This document shows positions 1 to 14,305 of a stretch of 64,000 bases of DNA, piece after piece; positions within the stretch are counted from its first letter, which is position 1, and each line of letters begins with the position of its first letter. The stretch lies in assembly GCA_012295275.1 (NCBI GenBank), contig CM022665.1:24924001-24988000 (forward strand), given 5' to 3'. Made by a program: the position numbers and the translations under genes. The DNA is from Chrysomallon squamiferum (taxonomy: Eukaryota; Animalia; Mollusca). The notes beneath the pieces were generated by a model. It saw only the letters and a program-made list of their open reading frames with translations, was not told where the DNA came from and did no database searches.

Positions 1-833
1 ATCATACCTTTCAAATACATATATATGAGAAAAAAAAAATCCTAATTAATATGTACTTTTTCATAATGACGTCTCAGTTTTCTTGTTTGAAGCGTATTAG
101 AAGTTACGAGATGTCTTTGTCTCCTGTCAGCATGACATAGATTCTTGTCTTTGCCGTCGTTCGTTTTGTGAATAATAACCTCTCCTACGCGCACATTTCT
201 GTCATTCCCAGGCTAAGAACCGTTACACAACATGTGTGTTCGGTATTCCACATGGTCAGCGCTCCCAGAATACAATTAACAGAATTATTGTGGTAACGGC
301 ATTCTGTGTACAGTATTTCTAACGGTTGCTTAAGATGGCGAGTTCCTATTTCTTCATCATCATCATCATCATCATCATCATAGCAGTAGCAGTAGTTCTA
401 ATAATACTAGTGCTAATAATAATAATGGTAGTAGTGGTAGCAGTAGTAGAAGGTGTAGTAGTAATAGTAGTTGTTGTAGTAACAACTACAACAGTAATAG
501 TAGGTCTAGTAATAGAAAACGGAATAATAAAAGATTCCTCTTCGCCTAAATGTAAATAAATAAATAAATAAATAAATAATCATTAAAGTGATGCAGAGCT
601 TGTTCGAATGAAATCGAGTAGGGTTATTTTGCAGTTAATAATCCCAAGATTGACTGTATTAATGTTATATTACTTTGTTCTATTATTAATTTGATTTTGG
701 TTATTGCTGTTGTTTTTGTTGATTTTTATTTCTTCTTCTTCTTCTTTTTTTTTTTTTTTTTTTTTTTTATTATTATTTTTTTTGAATAAATTATAAATTT
801 TTTAATATTTTTATTTTCCTTTTTTTCCTTCTT

Positions 834-866
<33 letters not shown>

Positions 867-3800
867 TTATTTGTTTTTAATATTTTTATTTCAATTTTTT
901 TTTTTTTTTATATGTTGTAAAAGGGACATTTAATCGGCTCTAGTAAAGCATTCTTTAATCTAAATCTTGACAACTTCTGTACTGTAATGCTGATATCTCG
1001 TATCACGGGAGGTAATTGGCCGTGTGATATGATTTGGTTTCTCTAATAAAGCATGCATGTTCGTGCAACGTTTGACAAGAACGAGTCAGCTGTTTTAACT
1101 GTTGTTTCAGGCTGTTGCCTGTCGTTCACGGCGAATGGATTAATTATTCAGCCCATGTCTTGTACGCTGATAAAAACCTAAAATCTCCAATCTGTAAGCG
1201 ATACCTACAAAGATACATTTTTATAATTTATGTGTCTGTTGTTAAGTTTGAGCTGTGATACGTATTTACGAAACATCAATTAATTTTTAAAGTTTAATAA
1301 TTAACGTTCGTATTTGGTGTATTTTTTTTTATTTTTTTTTTTAAGGAGTCTGAGGGTAGGGGTACGGAAACAGTTGGAGCAGGTTTAGTAGCTTTAAGTG
1401 CGCCCCTTATTCAATTTTTCTGTTGCAGTGGTTTCTCCGTGAATTACCAAAAGGCGTGGTTGGTTATTCTTCGTGCACATAGAAGTAACTCAGATAAACT
1501 GGAAATGTTCTTTCTTTTGCTTGTTTATATAAATAAGTAATACAAAGAGTACCTTATAATCGCAGACATTTAGATTTTTGTTAAAAATACATTCATTCAT
1601 TGACAGTTGTTATGTCTGTTGTCGTATTAAACATTTCATTGTTTTTCTTGTTTTATAACCATAGCAAAATTATAATGTCAGTTAAAATCACAAAGTGTGA
1701 TATAAATCATAGACATGTTTAAATAAATTAGAAGAGAGAATAAATCATTGTCTGAACTGAAATGAATGAATAAATAAAAGTTTGAAGATAACTCAGTACA
1801 AAAATAAATGCGCTGCTAAGTGTCAGACGGGTAAATATTTGAATACTTTGTTTAAAATTTAAATTTATATGGTTTTGCAAAAAGTCGATGACGCTTCAAG
1901 CAAGTGTTTTTATTAACATCTTCATTAGTTTTGTGCTTTCTAAAATAAAGCAGCAACCACAACAGCACAAAATATTCAAACTTCACTGTTCACATCAGTT
2001 AGTTTATAAGCACTATTTGATTCTGGTATTGCTGAGTTTTTCTGAAAACTTCCCCAAAACCTTGATGAATAAACATATTGAAAAAATAAAAATATTCTAA
2101 CTTCTGTAACTACAAAATTTAATGTTGCTGGATTTTTCGCCTTCTTGCCAAAACCTTTCAGAGAAATGTACAGCAGTCCTCCTACTAAGAACCATGTGCC
2201 CTGGGCTCTCCTTAGAAACGTTTACACTGCAAGACGTGTTGGCAATCAGTTCTTTCAAGCAGTAGTCTGATAAAGCTCCCTTGATGTAATCAAATTATCA
2301 CGGGATATATTTATAATTTGGCACCGTGTTTTGCAAATATTTTGGGCTGGCTTGCGTCTGTTAATGTTTTTAAAGGCGCTTTCAACACGAGCATATATAT
2401 ATATATAAATATAATAAGTATCTGGTCCAACCGCGAGGCTTTAAGTACTAACAGTTCTCTATTTGTTACAGTTGATATCGGAGTACGCAATCTTCACTAA
2501 TGGCTTGTGCCAAAAACGATTTATTGGTAGCGTAGGTTGAAGCTACAGACGTGTGATTTCCTCCATTGCTTTCCCTAGCTGAATATTCTGTAAGTAAATG
2601 TAAACAGCTTGGCTCAGCTGGCTAATGCTAATGATGATGTTGTTGATGATGATGATGATGACGACGTCGGCGATAACGACGACAATGTTGATGATGATGA
2701 TGATGATAAAATAATTTTAATAATAAATTTAAAAAAAAAGAATAACAAATACGAACCTGTAAAATGATTATACTGAAAGACAATGGTTCAATAATTTTAT
2801 ATTAAAATATTCAGCTGAAACAGTGGCAGTCTGTCTCTAATTACCGTAAGTACAGACTGTAAAATTTATATTAATATCAATCTACATTTTAAAATCGTAT
2901 GTTGGATATAATCTTTGGAATTATATCAAAAATCTAAACTTGAGAGGTGTGTCTTAAATATATACGTGTAAAATACAGATTTAAATCTAACAGTTATAGA
3001 ATTTCAAATTTTGTGTTTAGTCTGGCCTTAAAACATGTAATTTTAATTTTTTAATCTTAGGTAGAGTGTTTTTCTCAAGTTTGTCCTTATTTTTTCCTTT
3101 TTCAAACCTACTTATCAAGCTGTACTAATAAATTACATTTAGCTACACAGAGCGCTGCAAATCTAAAATTTTATAGTAAATCTAGACTTCTGTACTTATC
3201 GCCAAAACATAAAATAAAAATAATAATAATAATAAAATTTAAAAACATATTCATTTAAAAATTATAAGTAAACATCAATTACAGTAAAGTGCAACAAGCG
3301 TTTATCTAGGCATAAAGTTTAAACCTGAATTTAATAAAATATTTGACTGATACGTGTAAGAAATTTTATTCCTTATCTGTTTGGAAGCTTAAAAGATAAG
3401 AAAGGGGTAATAAAGCAACTGAATAATAATATTAATAAAAAAACAAACAAACATCAAAAAAATCGAAAAAAAAAAAGAAGTTTTATTTACACACATTATG
3501 TAATAAATAAAATAAATAACTGTTTTTAAAAGAAAAAAAACAAAAACAAAGCTGGCAGTTAAAGCAGTTTTATCAGACACAGACAGTTTAAAACAACCGA
3601 AAAAAGTAATAAATTGTGGGAAAGATAAAGGTTTATAAAACAGAATCAACACACAAGTAGTCTATAAACACGGTTATATTAAAAAGTGCATATCGCACTG
3701 CTCGAATTTAACGACAGTTTAAACAACACATGCTTCTATGTCAGCGATAACAGAGTTATTACTGCCTGCTCTACTTTTTGCTGCAATAACTGAATAGATA

Positions 3801-5715
3801 GCTGTTATAATATATTTTAAAAGAATGTATAAAATGGGCCAGTGGTTATCTTCTTTTTTGGGGGAATTAAAAGCAAAGGATCTTTTATATGATATTTTCC
3901 AATAGAAGAATTCGCGGTTTTCGGAAACCTGTCGTGGAGCGGTTATCCGCGCGGGAAAAAGCCCCATTGGAGGACCGAAACTAAATTTAAAAAAATTGAA
4001 AATAATAAAATGGAATACCACCAGACTGCAGCAGCTGTTATGGAAGAAGACAGATACGAAATAGTGGATTGTAGGGAAACAAACATGTAGATAAGTTTGT
4101 TTTTTTGACGTTATCACTAGATAGCGTTCAGTCCATACTTGTAACTGTGTCTAAGTTGCGTTTAACAACAAATGGCCTATCGTAACGCATCATGCGCTTT
4201 TTGGTTTACAATCATCGAGTACACCAACAGTGATCGGAGCATTTGTTTTTCTGATTAAATGTCCAGTTTCCCTAGATCGAAAAAGTAAACGGAGGCACCA
4301 GGGACTACGCCTTACTTATTCTGTCATCTGAAATTGTTCTGTTTATATCCACACACACACGAACGCGCGCATATGCACAGACAGATACAGAAACTGAAAG
4401 ACACACACACACACACACACACAGACAGATACAGAAACAGAAAGACACAAACACACACACACAGTGTCAACACCAAAATTCCAAAACAAACTGTATAAAA
4501 CGCAGTCGAAAAAAAAGAGTAACACGATCGTGTTAAGAACTTTCAAAAATTAAAATAATGTCAAAGAATTCTTCAACATTTTTAAGTGCTGGTGCACGTT
4601 AAGCTGATAAGTATAAAAGATTAAATTATCTTTTCTTGATGGATGTATTTATTACACATTTCATCGAGTCTTCTACAACCGATAATGTCAAAATCCGTTA
4701 TAACTGATATTTGAAACATTCTCATTATTGCTAAACGCTAACAGTACCCACAGGAAAATGGTGATACGTTATTTATTTATTATTTTGACGATTGGAATAA
4801 AAATTCTAATTTCTGCGATGTTCATAAAGAGAATATAAAAAAGACTCAAGAATAGAAATAATATGTTAATAACACTGTCGTCACAAATATGATTTTGTGA
4901 ATACAAATAAATTCATTTGGTAAATAAGGTCAAAATGTTGCATAATAGGACGTCGTGTGAATTCTTTTTACATTTAATTTTTCGACAGTGAAAATGATTG
5001 TTATCAAAGACACAGATAATTAATAATATTTGTATAGTTAATATCTGTCTTGTTATCTTATTTCTTTTGTTTAAAATAATAAAAATAAATACATGCAAAT
5101 AAGAAACAGAAGAAATAATAGTCAACTGTTATCCAGAAACAGTCATAAGCGTTATGCGAGTTACTGCGTAGTATCCGTTATAAGGAATCACTAATGGAAA
5201 CACAAGTATATGTAGGCATACATATTATTTCGAAACTCTCTAAACAGAATAAAGACAGTTTTAATGACTTGGGTATTTATTAGAATGGCCCAGTCCTACT
5301 TAAGCTCATGAGATAGGAACATTTGTGATAGAAAATGAACTAGCCGATTAGTCTGCTTTCACAGGATTATGGTAAATTAGCGTACTGTAACATGAGAAAG
5401 CCGAGAATATTTCTTCTATTGCTTCCAAGTCCACAACCTTCTAACCACTAATCTAGGTTATTTAGATAAAGCTCGTTATTAAGTTTCATCTTTATTTTAC
5501 TAGCTTAGATTAACCAGTCATGATTGTGCTGGGTTCTTGTCCCAGATTCTGTTACAACGCTGGCGGAACACGGATTCCTTGCTTTCGTTTTGAATTTACC
5601 AATTCACTTGATGTTTTTATTTTATTCTAAATTAGTTAGGTTTTTTTTTTAAAGAAATAAGCTCAGATTAAGCTGAATCAGAGGTAAATGAAGTTAAAGG
5701 TAGAGTGCATATTAT

Positions 5716-5826
5716 TTTTCCCGCGTATCGATGCAGTGGAAGCCGCCGCATAAGTTTAACAGGGCGATTGGATTACGGCTATCGGACGAATAATTATTTC
5801 TTTTTTCTTTTTCTTCACCTTGTCAG

Positions 5827-5876
<50 letters not shown>

Positions 5877-6012
5877 CGTCAAGTACGCTCAATGAAAATT
5901 TATTCCTCATCATTCGGAACAGATGCTGGTAACATTACGCCTACGCGCGTAATTTCTTGTAATAATTTGGCTTGTGACGTCGAACGTCATAGCAACGCCA
6001 TTTTGACGTCTC
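5716..6012. promoter_or_regulatory. CpG-rich cluster of promoter-type motifs
   Basis: TTTCCCGC (E2F-like, 5717), ATTGG (5767), TGACGTC twice (5975, 6004), CATAGCAAC (RFX half-site, 5988), CGCCATTTT (YY1-like, 5996). Confidence 0.3.
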
Positions 6013-7324
6013 GTTTCACCGAAATTAATGTTCTTACAGATGTGGTACATGGTTAAAGCATTTAAAAAAAAAAAAAAAATGTTGTTGTTGTTTTTCTTAA
6101 CAACTTCTTAAACATGCCTCGTTGTTTGTAATCACTACTCATATATTTAATGTTCAAAATTATACGAAAACAACAACAACAACAACAAGACTAAACGTAA
6201 GATACTGATTCTGAGGGGCGAAGATGTACTTTACTTTTTATGTGTGATAAATGTCATTATTGGGCTTACTTGTAATAACAATATTTCCAAAATAAACATC
6301 TTAATTTCTGGAAAAAAAAATTAAAAAAATTAAATAAATAAAAATTAAAATTAAAGATTGACACATAACTTACAAAATAGGGCTACTGTACAACTTGTCA
6401 ACCATTTTGACTCAGACTCAATCGTGACTTTAGGATCAGACTGAATTTCTATAAACTATGTGTCATTTCTTACGCATAGAGTGGAAAATAAAAAATTATC
6501 TCAAATAACGCTGTTCTTAAACAATGGTTTTGTAAATTAGTAAACTATTGGCTTATTAAATACTAGCCTAAACAGAAAGGCAGTTGAAATGCTGATATTT
6601 TTCTTTATTTATAATTGATAATGGGTGTCATGCTGAGTTAATTTGCTTCAAGTTTAATGCATCCATTATTTCAGTTCTTTATTTTTATTTATTTATTTTT
6701 GTTAACAAGCATGTACATTTTAGGTTCAAGTTGTTTTAAGCCTTACAAAACTGACAGTGAAAATATAAGCTTGATGGTACAAATCCCCAAATAAGATTAT
6801 TTTATTTTATTTTATTTTATTTTATTTTAATGTATTTTATTATATTTTTAGTTGACATTCATTGATATAAATGGTTGCATATTATAAATAATACCTTCAG
6901 TGTATTAATGAAATCTTGGTTTTGAAAACTGAATTTCATAAATAAAAAAAAGAAAACTCTTTAAACATAAATATATATAACATCACATATATGTAAATAC
7001 ATACATAAAAGAATATAGACAAACAACCTAACAAAAGATATTTTCAATATTTTAAAAATTAATTTTCACTTGTTAATGAATATCAGTAAACAACTGAAAG
7101 CTTAAAGCAGATGTTAAAACAATGAAATGTGATTTCACTTCACCAAATTATATATAATGGACAAATTATATATATGTATAAAAATATAGTAAATATAAAA
7201 CAGAATTACTTCTTTGATTATAAAAAACCTTTTTATTTGAAATAATTTATTTTGGCAGTTTTCTGTCATAATTAAGAAAAATATTTTGCATCTCAGTTAA
7301 ATATAAAATTTGTTTTTATTTCAG

Positions 7325-7387
7325 TTTCTACAGAATTATGGATTGATAGAAGATTCAACTTGTCAATCAGTACCAAATTGTAACATG
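7325..7387 (+). CDS. RTK exon, Cys-rich module ([21 protein letters not shown])
   Basis: tttttatttcag| ... |gtaaga; 63 nt, phase 0-0; alternative in-frame acceptor at 7334 (ctacag). Confidence 0.75.
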
Positions 7388-7775
7388 GTAAGATACAAAT
7401 ATTTTATTAATTAAAATTATTTTATTATCAGAGGATTAATTAGTGATCAGATAGTAATAAAAAAGGTGAATATAAAAGAAATAATGTATGCTGATGAAAT
7501 TGTATTCCATTTTCTTTGTCCTCTACAAATTAAAGTCCAAAATATTACCTTTGTTTTTGTTCATATTTTCCCTAGATATGGTTAAATTTAGAATGCACAA
7601 AAATCTCCTTCAATAAACAAAAAATAACTTTTCAAAATGGTTATTTAAGATCTAATCCAGCAACTAAACACTACAGAAGTAACATTGAACAATATGTATA
7701 TTGGTCAGTGACCAAGAATTTAGAAATTTATCATGTCATCATATCTTGCCAGTGTTTTAGTGACAGCAGGATAAA

Positions 7776-7865
<90 letters not shown>

Positions 7866-7882
7866 CTCTCACACTCTCTCTA

Positions 7883-7925
<43 letters not shown>

Positions 7926-8432
7926 ATATATATCCAGATACTTAACACAACTTTAATATACCTCCCAAGTTAAACAATTTTCAATACATTTAAATTTTCT
8001 TTTCAGTGTTGGCAGTTGTGTTCTTCATTACATGAGCAGTATTATATATGGAAAACAGTTTGTGATGACAAGAAAAAGTGTGTAAGTACATGATGAAGTA
8101 TGTGCAGTCTGGTATTTCTTTTAACACTTCTTCCAATAAATAAGATCTTTTGTATGTTTTACAGCCTATCAAGCTATACATGGCAGTGTTTTAATCCTGG
8201 ATAAATGCTTTTTTTTTCCAGCCCACAAAGAATAAACCTACAATTTTCTTAGAAAATTTATATTTTTGTTTTTAACTAAATCAGTCTTGGAAAAAATAAC
8301 CAACATTATTTTGATTGAAGTTTATCAATAGACAATTGAAATTCCAGCTTTTGTTCTTACTACTAAATGTAAAATATTATTCTGCTTTTCCAAAACTTCA
8401 TTTATAACTTAGTTAGGCTTAAATATTATTAC

Positions 8433-8472
<40 letters not shown>

Positions 8473-8649
8473 GTTATTATTATTATTATTAAATTATATA
8501 TATATATATATATTTGTTTCTTTTATTACAGACAATAGGATGTAAAACTGCCTGCAGTTTTATTGATTCACCTACCCCAGGTAAATTTATTAATTTGTCT
8601 ACCTTTATATATAATGAGTGTATGTGTGTGTATACACACAAGCATGCAT

Positions 8650-8685
<36 letters not shown>

Positions 8686-10129
8686 CATTTTTCTTGCATA
8701 TACATTTTCTTACATGTAATAAATATAAATAACTGTATATGAAATTTCTGATCTGAACTAATTCAAAAGTTGATCTTTAAATGGACCTCTCTGTCTGTGT
8801 TGGTGTGCGTGTGTCCTTGCAAGCTTGCGTGCAGATGTGTTGTGTACTCAGCTGTGTATATTTGTTTGTTTATAAATGGATTCATCTGATTTTTTTTGTT
8901 TTTTTGGTTAATCTTGTAGAAAGGCAGCACTTGAAACAAAATTTTAATCATAGTCATAATTATCAATACTATTCATTTTAAAATATGATTCAGCAAGATT
9001 TAAATATTGGATGAATGCTAATATGGGGGTGGATAGTCAGGTAGGTGGGTCATGATTGCCTGACACTCATTATTCTGTATTATAATATTTTGTAAGAGCA
9101 AAATTAATTGTTAATTAAAAACTGTTAGTCATTGAATATTCTTTACAAAATAATTTGTGAAAATCAATTTAAATTAAAAAAAACCAAAAGAAAAAAACCA
9201 AAAACAACCAACAAAAAAAAACAAAAAAAACCCAGCCAAAAACAAATGAAACAGATAATTAAAAAAAAAACCAAGAAAGAAAGTAGAGGTTGATTTTTTG
9301 GATTTAGCTGTGAATAATAAATATGTCCCATTTGAATCAAACATTTAGCTTGAATTTGCATTTTAATTGTATAACATTTTTCTTAAATTTTCTTACAGAG
9401 TATAGCATATTAGTATATTTATTATTACTACTACTGTATTTTGTAATATATTTGTACATAAAAGTTGATCAGAAATTTCAGAAAAGGAGGTGCCATCCTT
9501 GTAGAACAATAATTAAATTAATTACATTTATACAAATCCAAAAACACACAACCACAAACTCTCCAAAAGACCCCCAAATAACATGAGATGGTGAATAACA
9601 AGGTGTGTACTATACATTATATATGTCTCTCATTTTCTGTTTCACCTTTGTGCAGTGTTTTATTTAAATTTTAAATACATTTATTAACTATATTTGTACA
9701 TAAATATCTTGACTAAAACAAGCAAGTGAGAGTATAGGTTAAATCACACATTTGCTGTTTTTAACTTTGTGTAACATTTTAATGACAGTTAACAAGTCTG
9801 AGGTGACTTGGCACTTCAAGAACAAGGTCAAACTGAAGGTCAACTCCTACTACACAGACATCACTTGGTTGGTGCCAGTTCCTGATGCCATGATGCCAGG
9901 ACCGGTGTTCATTGTGTATGTCATGCTGACCAAAGATAAAGAACTGGACAAGCAGTGGTTCAATCTTGGACAGGTAAAGATGATGATTTAGTTCTTGTTT
10001 TACTGATACTGTTATTGCTGTGAATGTGACTGTTATAAGTAATACTTTTCCTTTTGCTCTATCATTCTCTCTGCCTGGCTGGCTCTCTCCCATTCATTTT
10101 CTCTCTCTCTCTGTCCCCTCCCTCCCTCT

Positions 10130-10208
<79 letters not shown>

Positions 10209-13200
10209 TCTCTCTGAATATCTATGTCTTTTACCTAGCTAGTTAACAATTAAGACAATATGCTCTAATGATTGCATTGAATGTTACTAACACCAAATAC
10301 ATAGCACATGTACATATGAAATACAGTCACAGGTATAAATGAACATCTTCTCCCATACGTCTCCTGTATCTTCATCTTGATATAACATATGTTCTAAACA
10401 CACCTGCTATGTATTCAGCGGCTCAGATACCTGTAAGAAATGTGTGGCAGAAACACGTGCTGGAAAAGACTTGTGTTGTTGGAGGTGACTTTGATTATAG
10501 ACTTGTTTACAGTCATATTCATGTCAGGATCATTCAAAGGCCATGGCTCTGTTGTAAATGTATGTCATTAAATGATGCTGCTTTGCTAGGGATGGGCCAA
10601 ATGGATGGTCGGAATTACAGACAGCAGAAGATAACATATTGGAATCACATGTTAATCTAACTGGATGACATTATGCATCTTAATTTATTCTGTACATTTT
10701 ATAAAAGATATCACGTTTGCTGAAATACAACGGGATGATGGAATAACTTCTACTTGTCCAGCTGGGGTTGGGTGATGCAGTGCATTTTAATTTACTCTCT
10801 AAATTTTTATCAAGAATTTTGCTGAAATATAATGGGATAACAAAATAACTTCTTGCATGCATGTTAATTTATTCTGTACATTTTATCAAGGATACATGTT
10901 TGCTGAAATACAATGCGATGATAAAATAATTCATTCATGTCCAATTTGTCAGTAATACATTTTAATTTGCTACATACATTTTATCAAGTTTGCAGAAATA
11001 TAATGATGTAAAATATCAGCAGCTTATGTAGTGTGGACTTGCAATCTTTAATTAATTGTTAAAATATTGAAAAAGGAAATGTCACTTTGTCATGACATGC
11101 TTATAAGACTTTCAGATGAGTGCACATGCACTAGAATATTGATTCTGATCATTCTGATCACAGTTAGTGGTAGGATTAATGAAGAAACTGAAATGTGAAT
11201 GTGCATGCCTGAAGTATTTTCAAAAGAAATATTGTTACAGTTCACTGTTAATTGGGGTCTACAAAAAATTGTAGCTGAGTTAAAGACACAAAGCACAATC
11301 TTTTCATGACTTCCCATTCTGGTATGTTTTCATGGGCTTTTTCTATGACATAATATATGAGATGAAACTCAGTTTGGAATGGGAAATAGTTGTGTCTGCC
11401 AATAAAGCCTCTGAAAAATAAAAACATTTTGAAAAGAAAAATCAGCAACAGTTATCAACATACATGTCCCATCCACTCACTCACACACACATGCACACAT
11501 GCACACACACATGCACATGCATGCACATATGCATACATGCAAACACATATAATAAAAACTTTAAAAAGAATTTCTGACACCCATTTTGTGATCAAGTCTG
11601 CATTTGCTGTCCTTATAAACCCTGACAGTTATTTGTTTCAACACTGTATCCTCTACAAGACAAGCAGACAGGCAGGACACAGCTGGCAAATACTGCACTG
11701 GCGAACTATCTCCAGCAGCATCTACACACAGGACCCACAAGGAATTCACGGAGGGCTGAAAATAAGCCTGGTACTTGCTCTGTTTAGAAAACAAGCATTA
11801 TCCAGAGGCAGTAAACATTAGCAGCCTCTTAAATCACTGTAACACCAGAGCCAGTGATAATGGTGTGAGTTTTCACTAGACACAAAAAAAAAAAGAACAC
11901 AACCTTAGACCATCCACGTTTATCCATTAGGCTACCATTTGCTTGTCAGCTGTTCCAAGTTTTGAAACTCTTGTCAGACTAGTCTGATGCTGCTAGCTGT
12001 TAATGAATTAGGTTTCTCTAAAATGAAAAAGTAAAGAAGAGAACATGTCTGAAGCATGATGAGAGAAAAGACAAAATCTAGGTTATAATTACATCCCTTC
12101 TAGCAAGAAGACCTTTATGGCTTCGAATATGTAGTAGGTGAATGTATTATGTCCCAATAGTTCTGTCTGATATATGTTTTAATTTTATTATTATTATTAT
12201 TATTATTATTTTATTTAACTAAAATAAAAAATTTGTCTATTAATTTTAAAAGTAAAGAAACAAATAAAACTTTTGAAAAAGAAAAACAACAAAACAAAAA
12301 GCACAAAAAATGAGAACTATAAAAATAACAATAAAAAGAAAAATTATATTTTATAATGAAATTTTTTTAAAGAAAGACAACAAACAAACAAAAATAAATG
12401 TCTAATTTACAAAAAAATGTCATTATATTAGAAAAACTTTAAAAAGAAAACAGACAAACCATAACACATTTAAAAAAAAAAAAATCACAAAAAAAGATGT
12501 GTAACTCTGTATAAACAGCTGCCATGTATAAAAGAGATTGCTTTTCATTGGTGTGTTTGACATGTACAAAAACCATCAGGCCATCTGTCTTCTCATGTTT
12601 GTAATCATCTTAATCAAATTATCAGTGCATGTTGCAGTAGAAAACAAGACACCAATCACGTTACTTCCTAACCTTTTCCATTTTTTATACATTTAATACG
12701 AATCTTAACCAGACTGGTGTATGTCATGACAAGCTTCTTTGATGTTTGCTCAAAGTTTGGCAACATTTCACTGGCAGTATTTAGTCTTGGGGTTTGAAGG
12801 ATATTAATCTAATGATGGCATTAATTTAATTTGTTAAAATGTGTTTAGGAAATTTGTTCTGGTTAATGGTAGTTTTTAAGACTTTTCTTTATCCATTTTT
12901 TTTTTTTTAAATTTTTTTTTTTTTTTCCTGCTATAATGATTCATAAAATTAACAGATTTAGTTTTCATATTGCTTTTGACATAAATTTCCTTTATCTTGA
13001 TTGATATGGTTTATATATATATATATTTTTTTTTTTTTTGCAATTTCAACTAATAGTTAATGTTATGATTAGTGTAGTCCTGTCTAATGTAATAACAACA
13101 ATTACTAACCCTAAAACAGATTTGTTAATATTGAAGTATATTGGTTACAGGATCTGGTGGATTACATCCTGTTCAAGCTAGGGAAACATAAGTTAAAGAC

Positions 13201-13234
13201 TAAATAGAAAGAAAAAAAAACAATAATAATAAAT

Positions 13235-13265
<31 letters not shown>

Positions 13266-13288
13266 ATAATAATAATAATAAATCATAA

Positions 13289-13332
<44 letters not shown>

Positions 13333-14264
13333 AATAATAACTGAATGAATTAGAATTAGAATAAGAATAAGAAAAGGACAAAATCTCTTCAGTTATTAAT
13401 GTATTTATATCTTCTAAGATTTTTTTGTATTTATTTTATTTTATTTATTAAAACTTAATTTTAAAAGGCAAATTTATTTTAAAATGTTATTTGTTTAATA
13501 TTTAAAAAATAAATATTTCATTTCTAATCTTTTCCAGTTTGTGTCTACTAAAATGAGTATTGAAACCAGTGAGTTGCCCTACTTACCCGAGTTCATGTTG
13601 TTTGCTGTATCAGAAAATGGAATCATTGCCCAGACCAACTTCTCAGCTATTGAATCTTACCCACACATATTTGGATGTAAGTCTTAGAGTCTTTCTTCAT
13701 TTTTTATTTACTTTTTTTAATCTTTCTGGCTTTCTTCCTTCTTACATTTCTTTTCTTTCTTTGTTTTTCTCATCTCAAATTTTCATTTTTTGATAACTAT
13801 GTTACATATCCATCTAATCCATAACAGAGCAACTATTATGCTCATCTTTTAGCTGTTATCACCATTCCTGAGAAAGGTCACTTAAAAGATCATCCTCCTG
13901 GAGTTTTCATTGCTGACACTGGCCCCATGAATATTACCGTTGACACAGAAGTTGTTGATAAGGCCGTGGTGGCCACAGTAAAGTGGCAACACCCTAATAT
14001 AACCAACCTTGACTGTACTGAGGGAAGCAACGATGTGTGCATGTATGACATCAACTGGTTCCTGCTGGACTGCAATGGCTACAATGATGTCCCTGACTGC
14101 AACTACCCACCCGATCACTATGCAGCGAGTCGTCATTTTAAGTTTGATGAAGATGTGAGTGATGGTTGATTTTTTTTTTTTTATCAAATATAGAAAAGTG
14201 TTGTAGATTGTTGATGTACTGATTTTTTTTAATAAAATGATCAGTGCAGTATGTGTGTATGTCT

Positions 14265-14305
<41 letters not shown>

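Noticed and set aside
1111-1193. Exon-like segment (ttgtttcag|...|gtaagc) as the RTK first coding exon
   Set aside because: No signal peptide or expected Cys motif in a frame compatible with the phase-0 exon at 7325.
2472-2589. Exon-like segment (ttgttacag|...|gtaagt)
   Set aside because: Stops in all three frames; could only be non-coding, with no further support.
6659-6790. Hydrophobic ATG-initiated ORF (MHPLFQFFIFIYLFLL...) as the RTK signal peptide
   Set aside because: Hydrophobicity comes from a (TTTA)n tract and the only donor (GTACAA) is weak; the true first exon is probably upstream of the window.
11390-11821. 143-aa ORF within an RTK intron
   Set aside because: Partly (CA)n-derived, no splice sites in phase, and exons 9973 and 13538 join correctly without it.
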